IMG/VR virus record: IMGVR_UViG_3300040771_000047
Span: 64,593-89,262 of that record
DNA length: 24,670 nt
Source of the DNA: a virus
Direction: 5' to 3' (one strand)
Positions 1 through 12,400 of the stretch are shown here, in pieces. The position numbers and the translations under genes were made by a program. The notes below the pieces were generated by a model. That model saw only the letters and a program-made list of their open reading frames with translations. It ran no database searches and was not told the DNA's origin. Numbering within the stretch: the stretch's first letter is position 1; every line of letters starts with the position of its first letter.

Positions 1-396
1 TTCTTGGTACTTAACAGACTCCATTTCTTGCCTTTCTATGGCTCTTTCCTTTTCTATTCTTCTATATTCACCATAACTTAGTTTTTCTTCGTATATACCT
101 AAAGCTTTTCTAGCTGCATCAACCTGCTCAAATGCAGAATCAATTGGTACAACTCTTTCATTGTAAACTTTTTCGTAAGGAGCTCTATCCAAAGTATTAG
201 AACTTATAGTGTATAAAGCTTCTAATTCTAGTCCGTAGGCTTTATTAGTATCCTTAATTTGTGCAGCATGAAAAGCATTGAACTCATCTTTTCTAGATAA
301 GTTCAATACTCTTGTTTCATTTATAATCCCGTCTTTCTGTAATGCATCTATAGCATTAAGTTTTGAAAGTTCATGTTTTAAAATATTACAGCTCAT
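1..396 (-). CDS. 5' part of a gene truncated by the window edge; probably another large virion cargo protein
   Basis: Translated by hand and absent from the ORF track. ATG is at 396-394, 11 nt after the preceding stop. The frame is open for 132 codons to position 1: MSCNILKHELSKLNAIDALQKDGIINETRVLNLSRKDEFNAF...ERAIERQEMESVKYQE. The product is inferred from position only. Confidence 0.8.
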   Translation of the reverse strand, partial: MSCNILKHELSKLNAIDALQKDGIINETRVLNLSRKDEFNAFHAAQIKDTNKAYGLELEALYTISSNTLDRAPYEKVYNERVVPIDSAFEQVDAARKALGIYEEKLSYGEYRRIEKERAIERQEMESVKYQE

Positions 397-407
397 ACTT
401 TATTTTA

Positions 408-3400
408 TTAAATTGCTAGTCCACCTTCACAAGGTAATTTTTCTTCCTCTGACAAAACTACTTCATTTTCTTCAGCTACACTATTATTGTCAATCATATT
501 ATCAGCATCATCAAATAAAGATGTTTGATTAGGGTCTTTGAATTGCTCTTCAGCCTTTTCATTAAAATTAAATCCTAAGTCATTAAAGAATCTAATAAAA
601 GCTGCTTTTTCTTCAGCATTTACATTTTCAGCCATCATTTCTTGGTATATCTCTTCTAACTTATATTCTTCATAGTCTAATGATTCACTTCTACTTATCT
701 GAACATTCCAATTAGTTACAGGTACAGCATAATTTGACATTCTACCATTAAGACTTTTAGCTACTAAAGTGTCCAAATTTTCTAATGCAAAATCTAAATT
801 ATCTTTAGTAATTGGAATATACTCTTGGGAAGCACCGTTATTAACAGGTTTTGCTATATAATACTTACCATTAGTAAGTTGATTGTTAATATTTTCTTCA
901 TCTAGTTTAGCAAATGTTTCTTTATTAGCTACTAATTGTTTGATTTTATCAACTTCTTTAGTAGTATCAATAGTTTGTACACCTAATCTCTTACTGTCTA
1001 AACTACCAAGTTGAGAATTTGATAGAAGTTCATAATAAGATAACTGTTGTTCAGCTCTTTCTTTTTCAATGAATCTTAGAGACTTCCCTACTGCGTCATG
1101 TGCCACACTTCCTTCTTTTAAATTAGGGTAGATGTTTTCCATAAACTTCATTATAGTAGCTAATATTTTATCTAGGTAAGATACTCCAGATTTCATATAA
1201 GGTACTTGAGACATAGCATCTTGGAAATTTTTACTAGTCAAAGACATAGTCATAAATTCCTTGATATTATACCCAGCATAATAAATACTCTTATCATCCT
1301 CAGAAAAAGACAACTTATTATCTTTTTTGAATTTCATACTAGCAATTTCCGCAGCATATTTTGCTCTAAACTGACTAAATGAAATATGTAAAGCAGTTAC
1401 ATGAGTAGGTATTGTTACATCCTTTCTAAGGTTTATAAAATCACTATCATAATATTTTTCTAATTCTCTAGTTGTTATTGTGTGTATGTACTCATGTAAG
1501 AAAGTAACAGCAGTTTTTTCTACAGAAACTCCTGTAGTCATTGAAGGTTTTAGTTTTACTTTTAAATCACTTACATAAGAAGCTCCGGCTCCAACAATGT
1601 CAGTACCTAATTCAAAGCCAATATTTGGATTACCAAATTGCTCTAAGAATTTAGCAGCTTCAGTAATAAAAGCAAAGTCCTCACTCAAAACTAAATTTTT
1701 AATTTTTTCAAGTACTGTACCTACTGTAGTGTCCTCTTCTAATTTTAAGTCTACTGCTTCATTACCTTCTAATAGTGAGTTGTTTGCTTTAAGGTTTTGA
1801 ATCTTAGTTTCTCCTAAAGAAAATGCACTAAGTACTCCATATTGATACTCTGAAACACCATTTTGTCCTAGTAAACTAATTCTTTGGTAATTCATGGCAC
1901 CTACATTCTGGTATAGAACATAGCTAGTCTTTCCTTTATCTTTTATTGCCATAGACAAAAAAGGTAAATTCTTGCCTTTAGACTCTTCTTTTAGTGTAAA
2001 AGTTCCTTCTGCATTCTTTACATTAGTTATTCCCTTAGAATAGATTTTTGGTGCTAAAGAAGGGTTATGTTGGAACCTTTGTTTAGTAAATGTACTAAAA
2101 CTTCCCTCAACAGGTGATAAACCTAGAAGTCTTCCAAACATACCATTTTCTCCACCTTCAGGCGTATTCATTCTATTAGGGTTCAAACCTTGTAACTTTC
2201 TATTTGCAGATTTAAATACTCTTCTAGCTTCAGACTTACCTTCAGCATTTATGAATCTTGACTGCTCATACTTTCCAATAGTCTCTAATACTTCAACTGG
2301 TATAAATTTTACAAATTGAGTAGCTTCTTGTACACCACCTTCTAAGTAAGAATAAGCTATTAGGTCTTCAGCTAACATTCTAGTAGTATATGCTTCACCA
2401 TTCCTGTTTGGAAGTTTAAGGTTAGACATAATTAAACTTGGAATTGCATTATACATTAACTCTTGATTATTGTTATCAACAGATGTATTACTGTAATTAA
2501 TTAAAGATAACTCTCCCGGAAGCTTACCTGTAATAAATTCAAAAGAACTAATTAATGCATTTTTCTTTAATGAACTTATACCTCTTGTATTTGTTGCACT
2601 TCTAAGAGTATCTTTTATGTAAGTGGATAATGAAGTATTACTTTCATCATCTATAAGAGTTTCATGTCTCTTAACTTGAGCATTACCTTCAAAGATGTTA
2701 TTAGCTTCACTAGAAAAAAGATATTTCTTAATGTCAGTTAAAACTTCTTCATAAGATTCTTCATTAGCTCTGTCAGGGTCCTTCCCAGATAACCTAAGGT
2801 TCTCTTCTACAATTGCAGTTAAGCTTGTATCTTGATAAGGAAAGAAATCTTTAAATAAAGTATGACCTAACTGAAGACCTGTAATAGCTATCTGACCTTG
2901 TGGAGTTGTTGGTTTTACCCAATACTCACCTATATCATAGTATCCTTCAGGTTTAGTGAAATACATTTCTTTAGAAAGAAAATCTCCAATTAACTTAGAA
3001 GCGTTACCTAGTACACTGTTTTCAGTAATTTTCTTAAGTTTTTCATATTTTAATTGAGACTCAATTATAGATTTACCTAAGTTGTTAGTGTCTACAACAC
3101 TTTGAGCATTAGCTACTTCTGCAACTTCTTTCTCTAGGTTGACATAGTTCATAAGAGCAGCAGCTTGAGTTTCAGATGTAGTGTCATTCTTTTCAATAGA
3201 CTCTAACATATTCTTTCCTGTAAGCTTACCTCCCATAAAGTCCTCTACTTCTTGATTATCAATAGCATTTCTAAACTTCCATATTCCTTTTACTTCTGTA
3301 TAGATTATACTTCCAGAAGTTAGAGTGGATATTGTAGTTGCTATTAATTCATTTTTATTTATATACTCTCCTAATACACCTTTAGCATCTCTTAATTGTT

Positions 3401-6400
3401 TGTTAAGGTTAACAATTACTGGTTGAGATAACATTAAGAAAGGAATAGAATTACCATTTTCATCTTTGTCAAATCCCATTAAAGTTAAGTAAGCATCTAT
3501 GTTGATAGTTTGCTCATTAACTCCTACTCTACCAAGTACTTGTTCTTTCTCATTATCTGTAGCAATGTTTTCTCTTTCAGCTAATACATCCGCGATACTT
3601 CTGCTTCCATCTACTGTCATTTCTTGACCAAGAATACCTTTAGCAGTGTAATTACCTATAGTTAAAGGTTTAGGATTTCCTTTCTTGTCTCTGATAAAAA
3701 TTTCACTACCATTTTGTTGTATAAGTCCATTAAGAGTAGTAAAGTTAGCATACACTCCAATAGCAGCTTTTCCAATAGTTCCTAAATCCATCTTTTGCTT
3801 TTGGTAAGCATAAGATAAAAAAGTGAAATTACTATTCATTTGTTCATACTCAAGTTTAGCTTCATCACGAGAAAGACCCTCTGCTTTTCTTTCGTTAATG
3901 TACTTGTTCTTTTCTCCTAAAGAGTTTATTTTTTCTAATTTTTCAGCTTGTTCTTTAGCATAATCAATAGAAAGTATCTTATTAATTTTACTTTGAATTT
4001 TTACACTAGGGTTATTGTAAACAGCTAAATGAACTTTGATAAATTCATTTTCTGCTAGTTTTCTTTCTAGTTCTGATTCAAGATAGTTTAACTTATCTAT
4101 GATGTCCAATTGAGGTAAAAGCAAAGATTCTAATGATTCTTCATCCAATAAGTTACCTTGGCCCTGTACAAAAGCACTGAACAATTCATTTGCAAAACTA
4201 CTTTTACGAGAAGTACTTGTGTTTTCTAAATTAAACTTTTCAATTTTATCTTTTAGACCTGAAGTTATGGTTTCAATGTCAGCTCTGTCTAGTACTTTAA
4301 TTTTACCACTATCAGTTAAAAAGTGGTTTAATTGGTAAGCAGATTCTTTATCAACATCATAATCAAGACCTTTTTGTTTAGTGAAGTTCTTAGGAACAAT
4401 CATTAAATCCCCTTGTATAGCTGGAAGTATGCCAACTATTTCTATACTTGAACCAGATACGTGAGAAGATGTAGGAGTTCTAAAAGAGAAGTTGTTGAAC
4501 AACATAGGGTCAATCATATCTTCTTTTAATCCTAGACTTCCATTTTCGTTTCTTTTTAGATACTTAGCATTAGCTACGTTTCCTGTCTTTAAGTCAAAAC
4601 CTTCAAATAAATCAATTAACTCATTGTTGTTATCCTTAAACTTAGAGGTTACAAATACTTGTGCTTTATGAAACTTAACTTCACCATTTTCAGAAGTTGT
4701 ATGTGTACCTTGTAATTCTTTACCATTATAGTTATCTAGGTATATAACATCTGATTCTTCAATACCTTCCATAGTTTCAGAGTATGCAAAACCACTTTCA
4801 GAACCTGCTACAAAAGCATTTCCTGGCATTTTGTGATGCATAACAGCATTACCAATAAGAGAGTTTAATAAAGACTCATATCTGTTACTGTCAGAAGATA
4901 GCCATAGAGGAGTTTTAAATTCATAATAGTATCCTAACTTAGCTTGTAGTTTTTCAATCTTTAAACCTCTTACAGATTTAAGACTCATACCTTTTGCTAT
5001 AGCTTCTTTAACTAATAAGTCTTGTAAGTTCTTAACAAATTTAGCTTCATTCTTTACAGTACCATCTTCTTCTAAGCCTAGTTTAGAAAATAATTGTTTC
5101 TTCTTAATGTCAACAATCTTAGCAAAAGATTCATTGTAATGGTCATACAATTGTTTACCAGTAAGAGTTTCTGTGTCAGTAGGGTTCAATTTAAAACCAT
5201 CTTCGTTTATAACCCCATCACCAAACAAAAGCTTAAAGAACTGAGTACCCATAGATACTGTATCACTTTTCTTCTTATCAGATTTAAAAGGTACATCTTG
5301 TTGTATTCTAAAGTTATCTCTACTTAAAACAACTACTGAGTTATTAGCTCCATTTTCATCAAATGTTTTTGTAGCTGCATTGTAACCATTCATTACCTTC
5401 TCTAAAGACTGTTTGTCAAAAGGGTTTACTTCATTTTCTGATTTTACACTACCTACCTTATTAGCTGTTTTAAAGGATGCTCTTACACCATTTCCTGTAG
5501 CTTCATGTAGCTCTTCCATTTTCAATCTAAGGTCATTTAACCTGTTCCCTTGTGTGAACTGAGGTAATAATGGGAAAGATGAAGACTTAATATAAACTAC
5601 TCTATTCATGTCCCAACCTTTATTAAAATAAGTTCCTGTATGAACTGGTTTAATTGGCTGAAGAACTATTGCTAGTTGTTGTTTATTTAAATGTCCTTCT
5701 CTTCCCGGCTTAGCTAGAGTAGCAAGGATACCTGCATGCTCTTCATCACTCATTCTACCTAATCTGTAAATAATATCTACATGCTCTTTAGCTGTAGTAT
5801 ACTCTTGTGCATCAGTAGATTCAAGGTCAAAATACCCATCCAAGCTAGGAAACTTTTTAGCCAAACCATCTCTAATTACTTTCATATTAGATTTAGCAGC
5901 TGCAAGAATAGCAGGGTCAATTTTGCCTACTCCTTGCTCCATATCAGCTACAACCTTAGCTTCTATGGCATATTTTTCTAATAAAGGTTTAGCTTCAGCA
6001 ATACCTTTTTCTCCGTAAAATAATCCAACTAAATACTCACTGTTCTCAGCAATATCAATACTATCTTTTAAGAAAATTTGATTGTAGTTTTCTTTGTAAG
6101 AGTTTGCTATTTTATTACCTGGAGCTATTAACAGGGCTAATCTTTTTCCAAGATTTACTCCAATTGTTTTATTTAAAGAAATGTATTGTTCATCAGTTTT
6201 AGTGTTTTCTGGTCCCACTTCTCCAACTTGTTTGTCTTTTGCATACATAGAAACATCTCCTGCAAAGACCTTAAACAAATCTGCTTGATGTAACATACTG
6301 TTTAAGACATAGTCATAAACTCCTAATTTAAAATCTTTAGATGGAGTTAAACTTATGTCAGCTTTTGAAAAGTACTCAGCATCAAACATTTTATTACTCT

Positions 6401-9400
6401 TAACTACTTGTCCTTCCCATAATTTACTGAAGTGGTTCACTTCTTTTTCTACTACATTCTCTAGTGTAGCTACAAACTTATCTTTGTGAAGTTCTACTAT
6501 TTTATCATAGTCTAAGTTTCCTTGAGAAGCTAGTTCTCCAAGTATGTCAATAATTCTAACTCCCTTCTCATCTTTTACATTGTTCATTCCTGGAATAAGA
6601 TGAAAAACCTGAGCTGCTTTATCATAGTCAGCTACATTAGTAGACTTAACATTATTATGAAAGTTTACTATTCTTTTTAATTCTGAAGCTACTAATTGGT
6701 CAAAAAGTAAATCTGTAGTTCTTTTAGTTAAACTTTGATTTCCATTTTCTTTTGGATAAAAAGCTGTACTTGCATCTGCTAAGAAGTCAAAAACACCTGT
6801 TCTAAGAAATACATTAGTAGTCTTGTCAGACATAGTAAGGTTAAGCATGTTTGCCATTCTAATAGTAAACCCACCTATTTTAGTATTTTTACTAATTTCT
6901 TCACCTTTTCTATCTTGAAAACCTGTAAGAGTTGTCAAGTAGTAGTCCATATCAGATAAATTATTTAACCCTGCTTTAGTAGGTGTGTCTCCTTTTTCTT
7001 TAAAAGCAGTTATACCAACATGGCTAATTTTAAATAAAGATTTAAAGTTTTTGTTTTCTTTTAATAACTGTAACATTATAGAGTTATCAGAAAAAGATAA
7101 ACTTTGTAAGTCCTCTATTAAAGTATTATTACTGTCCGAAGCACTTCTCTTAAGTTCAGCTACTCTATCAGTAATGAACTTAGTAGGAACTTGTGTAGAA
7201 ATGTCCTTACCTGAATCTCTAAATGCTAGAGAAATAAGTTGAGGATTGTATAACGCTTCTACGGCACTGATACCATTTATAACCCCTGACATTTCTTTAA
7301 AAACTGTATTTTCAGAAGTAAATTCGTAGTCTAAAGGATTTGCTTTAGCTTCATTTAAAAATTTAAGTATAGGGTAAGTTAACCCTCCTGCTTCTAAAGT
7401 TAGTAAATCATTAAAATCATAATCTTGTTTATTATAAATACCCTTTGCAACTATTTGGTCCCAACTTCCCTCTTCTAAATAAAGACCTATTTGTTCTAGC
7501 CAAGACCTAAGTTCTTTAGTTCCATTTTCAGTTTTTACATCTATAGCTGCAAATTGTGTCAATAAACTCTCAGCAAACTCAGCATTAAATGAACCTTCTT
7601 TAGTATATAGATTAGAAGCTTTAGTATCATTTATCCATCTTTTCTTTAGTACTCTTGTAATTTCATTCGCGTTAGTATCATACATCTTAAGCTTAACTCC
7701 TGATGCTGTGTTTTCATACATTCCAAATTTAGATTGAAGTGTGTGCTTAACAAAAGTAGTAAGAAACTTGTTCTTAATTTGTTGACTAGAACCTTCCAAT
7801 TTAGCTAAAACATCAGCTACAAAAGGAGTTTTACTTTCTTTTAATTTTCTTATTAGTGAGTCATAGTCAGAAGGTATTTCTGAAGATAATGTAATGTTTT
7901 TGGTCAACTGGTTAAAAACATCATTGAAGTCCATATAGGATGGTAAGCCTAAGTACCCACTAACCGGAACACCTTTCTTATCATACACTGCAATACTGTT
8001 CAAAAACAATCTAAGGTCAGGGTCTATAGAACCTTTAAAGTCAGCTTCAATAGATTCTTTACCAAATTGTTTAACATCTAAAATATCTTCTGCATCTGTT
8101 TCTGAATCTACAATCTTAGTTTGTTGTTTTAGGTCTTCAAAAGCTTTATCAAAAAGCTTAGTGTACTCATTAACAATTGTGTTTAAGTTAGTCAAGGTTT
8201 CTTCATACTTATCTTTAACTTGTAAAGATTTAGCATCTGTGTTACCTTCAAGTTTAGCCTGCATTACTGTAATCTTACTTTTAAGATTGTTTACTATTTG
8301 AGTAAGTTCAAACTCAATAGCCACACTTAAATTATTTTTTACTTCAGGAGTAATTTTCTTTTTAGGGTCTAATTTGTATTCATCTACAATTTTCTTGCCT
8401 ATGTTAGATACAATAAACTTTCTAATAGCTTGCTCTTGCTCAATATCTAAGTTACCGGTAAGATTAAAAATACTAACAATTGCATCAACATTGTCAATCA
8501 TTTCATCATACAACTCATCTTCTACTTCTATACCTAGAGTATTTAAGAAATCTATGTGTTCACTAACTTCAACTTTTTTCTTTTCTTCAAGCTTTTTAAA
8601 TACCGGAGCAACAGTTTCTTCCACTAAAGTAGAAGCTGGTTTCTCTTGTTTAGCTACAGATTTATAGTTTATATGAATTACAGGTTGAATTATTGTTGCG
8701 TAAATAGGTTTAGCTTCAGTACCTACATTAAAAGCTTTTATGTTAGTTTTAGAGTTAGCTTTAATATAATCATGGTAAGTCATTTTCTTACCATCTTTTT
8801 GTAGTAGTTCAACTTTTTCTGTACCAACTGCTACCATACCTACTTTAGAACCTAATGCAGCACTCAAAGTGTGCTGAGTTAGCATATCTTTTGCTATAAT
8901 ATCTTCTATAGAGTAATTAGCAAACAGTCTTTTGTATAATATTAAAGAACTACTATCATAACTTTTTCTATCTGTAGGAAGTCTTAATTCCATAAGAGTA
9001 GCTGCACTAATTTGAAAATGCATTCTAATAAAATCAGTCAAGTCCTGAATCTTTGAAATATTATAGCCCGTAGCATCTAGTATAGGGTCTACAAAAGTTT
9101 CTATTATATACCTTCTATCTTCTGGAGTATTGTTTGTAGTACTAGGAAAGTTCTCTTGTCTTCCATTTTTAGCATTAATGGTCTGTCTTTGAGAAACGGC
9201 TTTGTACTTATTATCAGAAAGTAAGTTAAAAATATGGATAGCATTTGCGACACTTTCTACTTGACTTGCATTAGGATATCTTTCAAATTTACTTGCTCTA
9301 TAAGTTTCTACAACTTTACCATCAGCCAGTACATCAGTACCTACTCTATACACATAGAAAGAATGTCCTAAAGAACTTCCATCAAAATCTTCTTCTTTAT

Positions 9401-12400
9401 TTAATAATACTTTACTTCCTTTTGCAAAACCTTCATCAAGATTTTGAAGTAACCCTTTACTACCTGTTCTATTTAAAGTAGCAACAACAGACTGAGGATT
9501 AGATTCTTCTAAAGTAATCTGTTCTTGTTCCATAGGAATTACGTACATAATACCTTCTTTACTTCTTCTTTCTACAGTTACTTCGGTTAAACCTGAATTG
9601 ATATTTTCTCTTAAAGCTCTGGCATTAGCTATACCTGCATTGATATGATCTTGCCAAGGTTTAGTAGGGTTAGCTTGATTAGTAGATGGTCCAAAAGGGT
9701 TATCAATATCATAAGCATTATACCCATCAATATCTTTTACATAACCTATTGGCTCTCCTTTCATACTAGTATAGTACATAGGGACTTTGTCAAGAAATTC
9801 TTGAGTGCTTCTAAAGTTAGGGTTAGCAGCTTCTCTCCTAGATAACCAGGAAGAGAATGGAGTAAGAACTCTTTCTCCTTTAGCATTTCTACCATTTGAA
9901 ACCATAGTAGTTGCCCAATCTGATTCAGGAGCAATCTTAACTCCCATAGGTGCTCCATTAGGATAAGCATCAGGGTCTAATAAAGCTAAGTAATTTACTT
10001 TATCAACTGGATTTAATTCAGTTCCAGAAGTTACCTTACGAACTACTCCATCTTCACCTGTAACTATTTCATAAGCTTGTGCAGAATAACCTATCCAAGG
10101 TGTTAAACCTTGACTAACTCTTTCAGTTAAAGTCTTGTTAGCCTGTTCTACATGAGAAGGATTATTTTCATCATCAAACAAAGTATCTTGAACCACTACA
10201 CCATCAGCAATAGTTTGTTCTAATTTTGCTGTTTGTGTTACCACAGTCTCCACAGGAGGTACAGAAATTACTTTCTGAGGACTTTCATACATATTAAAAA
10301 TAGAATCTGTTATAGACTCTATATCTGATGCAATATCAAAGAACTTATTATACAAGTTCATTGTTTCAGCACTAGTAACAGTATGACCTAGTTCAGTCCA
10401 ACCTCTTACAAGATGATTGTAATACTTCTTAACATTATTTTTATCTTTTGAATACTTATAAAACTGCTCCATTACATCAGTAAAACTTGGAGAAGGATTA
10501 TTAGTAAGAGTTGCAACCATACCATAGATATGGGCAATACCTTTTTTCATCACTTCTAATTGTTCCGGAGTATAAGCATAGTTATCTATACTGTAATCTA
10601 TCAGTTCTCCTTCATTAGCAGCAACGTCCTCATCATCAAAACTATCATCTAGGTCTGAAGTGAAATTTTCTATGTCAGATATGATATTACCTTCTGCATC
10701 TTCATCTCTTACTATTACTACTTCTGGAGTAATAGGAGTTTGATTAGGTGTTTCAGCAGCAGCACTCGCTTGAGCACTTGCTTGCATATCCTTATACCTT
10801 TTAAAATTCATAGTTAAAACAGCAAATTGGTCAAATTTAGTTTTGATGTCTTTGTAAGCTTTATCATTAATCTTATTGTCAGTTGCCCATTTACCTACAA
10901 AGTTTTCTTTGTTCTTTTCAAACAAGAAATCTATAAGTTTAGTATTAACTACAAGTTGCCCCTCTGCATCAAAAGTAACATTCTCAGTATCATTAAGATA
11001 CTCATCATCTACGTTGTCAATGCCTTCAGATTTAGTTTTTCTATCTTGTATATCACCCAAGAGGTCTTGCATTTCTTTCTCAACTCTTTGCTTATTTATT
11101 TCATGTTGAGGTTCAGTTCTAAGTTTAGCTACTATTTTATTAGTACTATCTAAAACTTCTTGCATTTGCTCTGAAGCTTTTAAACTGTTACTATAGTTAG
11201 AAACACCTTCGTGTCCTCTCTCAAGCATCTCCAATTCAGCAGGACTAAATGTAGTATTACCTGGAGTAAAAATTTCATCTATATTGAAACCTCTTCCCGG
11301 ATAATCTGCTTCAATCTCTTTACGAGCTTGTACAGAAAGTGTAGAACTGATAGCTTTATTATCCTCAATACCTTCTTCTAAGTTCATCTTCTCATATTGA
11401 AATTTTAAGAGTTTATTTAATAATGGATGGTCTTTATATACTTCAGATATTCTGTTCAATTCAGTTACATGCTCACTAGCTCTTACTAAAGTCTTTTGAG
11501 TTTCAACATTTAAACTTCCCTTGGCTCCTGCTCTTTTAAGTACTGTAGATAATTCAGATAATTGACCTGCTTGCACAGCATTTGAAACTACGTTATTAAA
11601 CATAAGTTTCTCTAGCATATCAGCAGACTCAGTTTTACCTTCTGCTCTAAATCTTTTAATTTCTTTATTTTGAAGTTCTATATTGTTAGCCCCTAAAGAC
11701 TGTATGTTAAGTATTTGATTTAGGTCAGAATCTTTATTAGCAAGTCTTAACCCATTGATAGCTTCTCTTGTACTATTTCTTGCATCATTGTACTTTCTAA
11801 TATCAGAGTACTTAGCTTCTTTGTTTGCATTTTTATTAGCTTGTGCTATTGCAGTGTTAGAAGATAAATTAGCTGCTTTAAAGTTTACAACTTGGTTCTT
11901 ATATTGTTCAGTTTCATCAATACTAAGAGTACCACTTGCTAACTTAGCTTCAGCATCTTTTATTCTTACATTGTTTTCAGCAATGGATTCAGTATGATTC
12001 TTTTTTAAAGCAGTGGCCTCATCTATTCTAGCTTGACCTAACTTGTTAACTCCTAGTTGGTAAGAAGTCTGCATAGAACCAACAGCACCAAATCCAGCAT
12101 TTAATAATGCTGTTTGAATTAGAATGTCTTTATTTGATTGTAAATCAAAAGTGGTATCCATAAATTCTTTAGGGTCCCCTTCAAATATACTGTTAACTGC
12201 ACTTGTAAAATATTCTTCAGGAAGCTCTTCTACAGTACCAGTTATTTTCTGTCCATTAAAAGTTGGCACCAAAGCTTTACCTGATAATTTCTTATCAAGG
12301 AATTTAGTTAGTTTGGTACTGTTAACAAGTTTTGCTCTACCTGTAGCTATTTCTTCTCCCAATTCCCCGACAGCTTTTTCTGTTCTAATAGCAAATTTAC

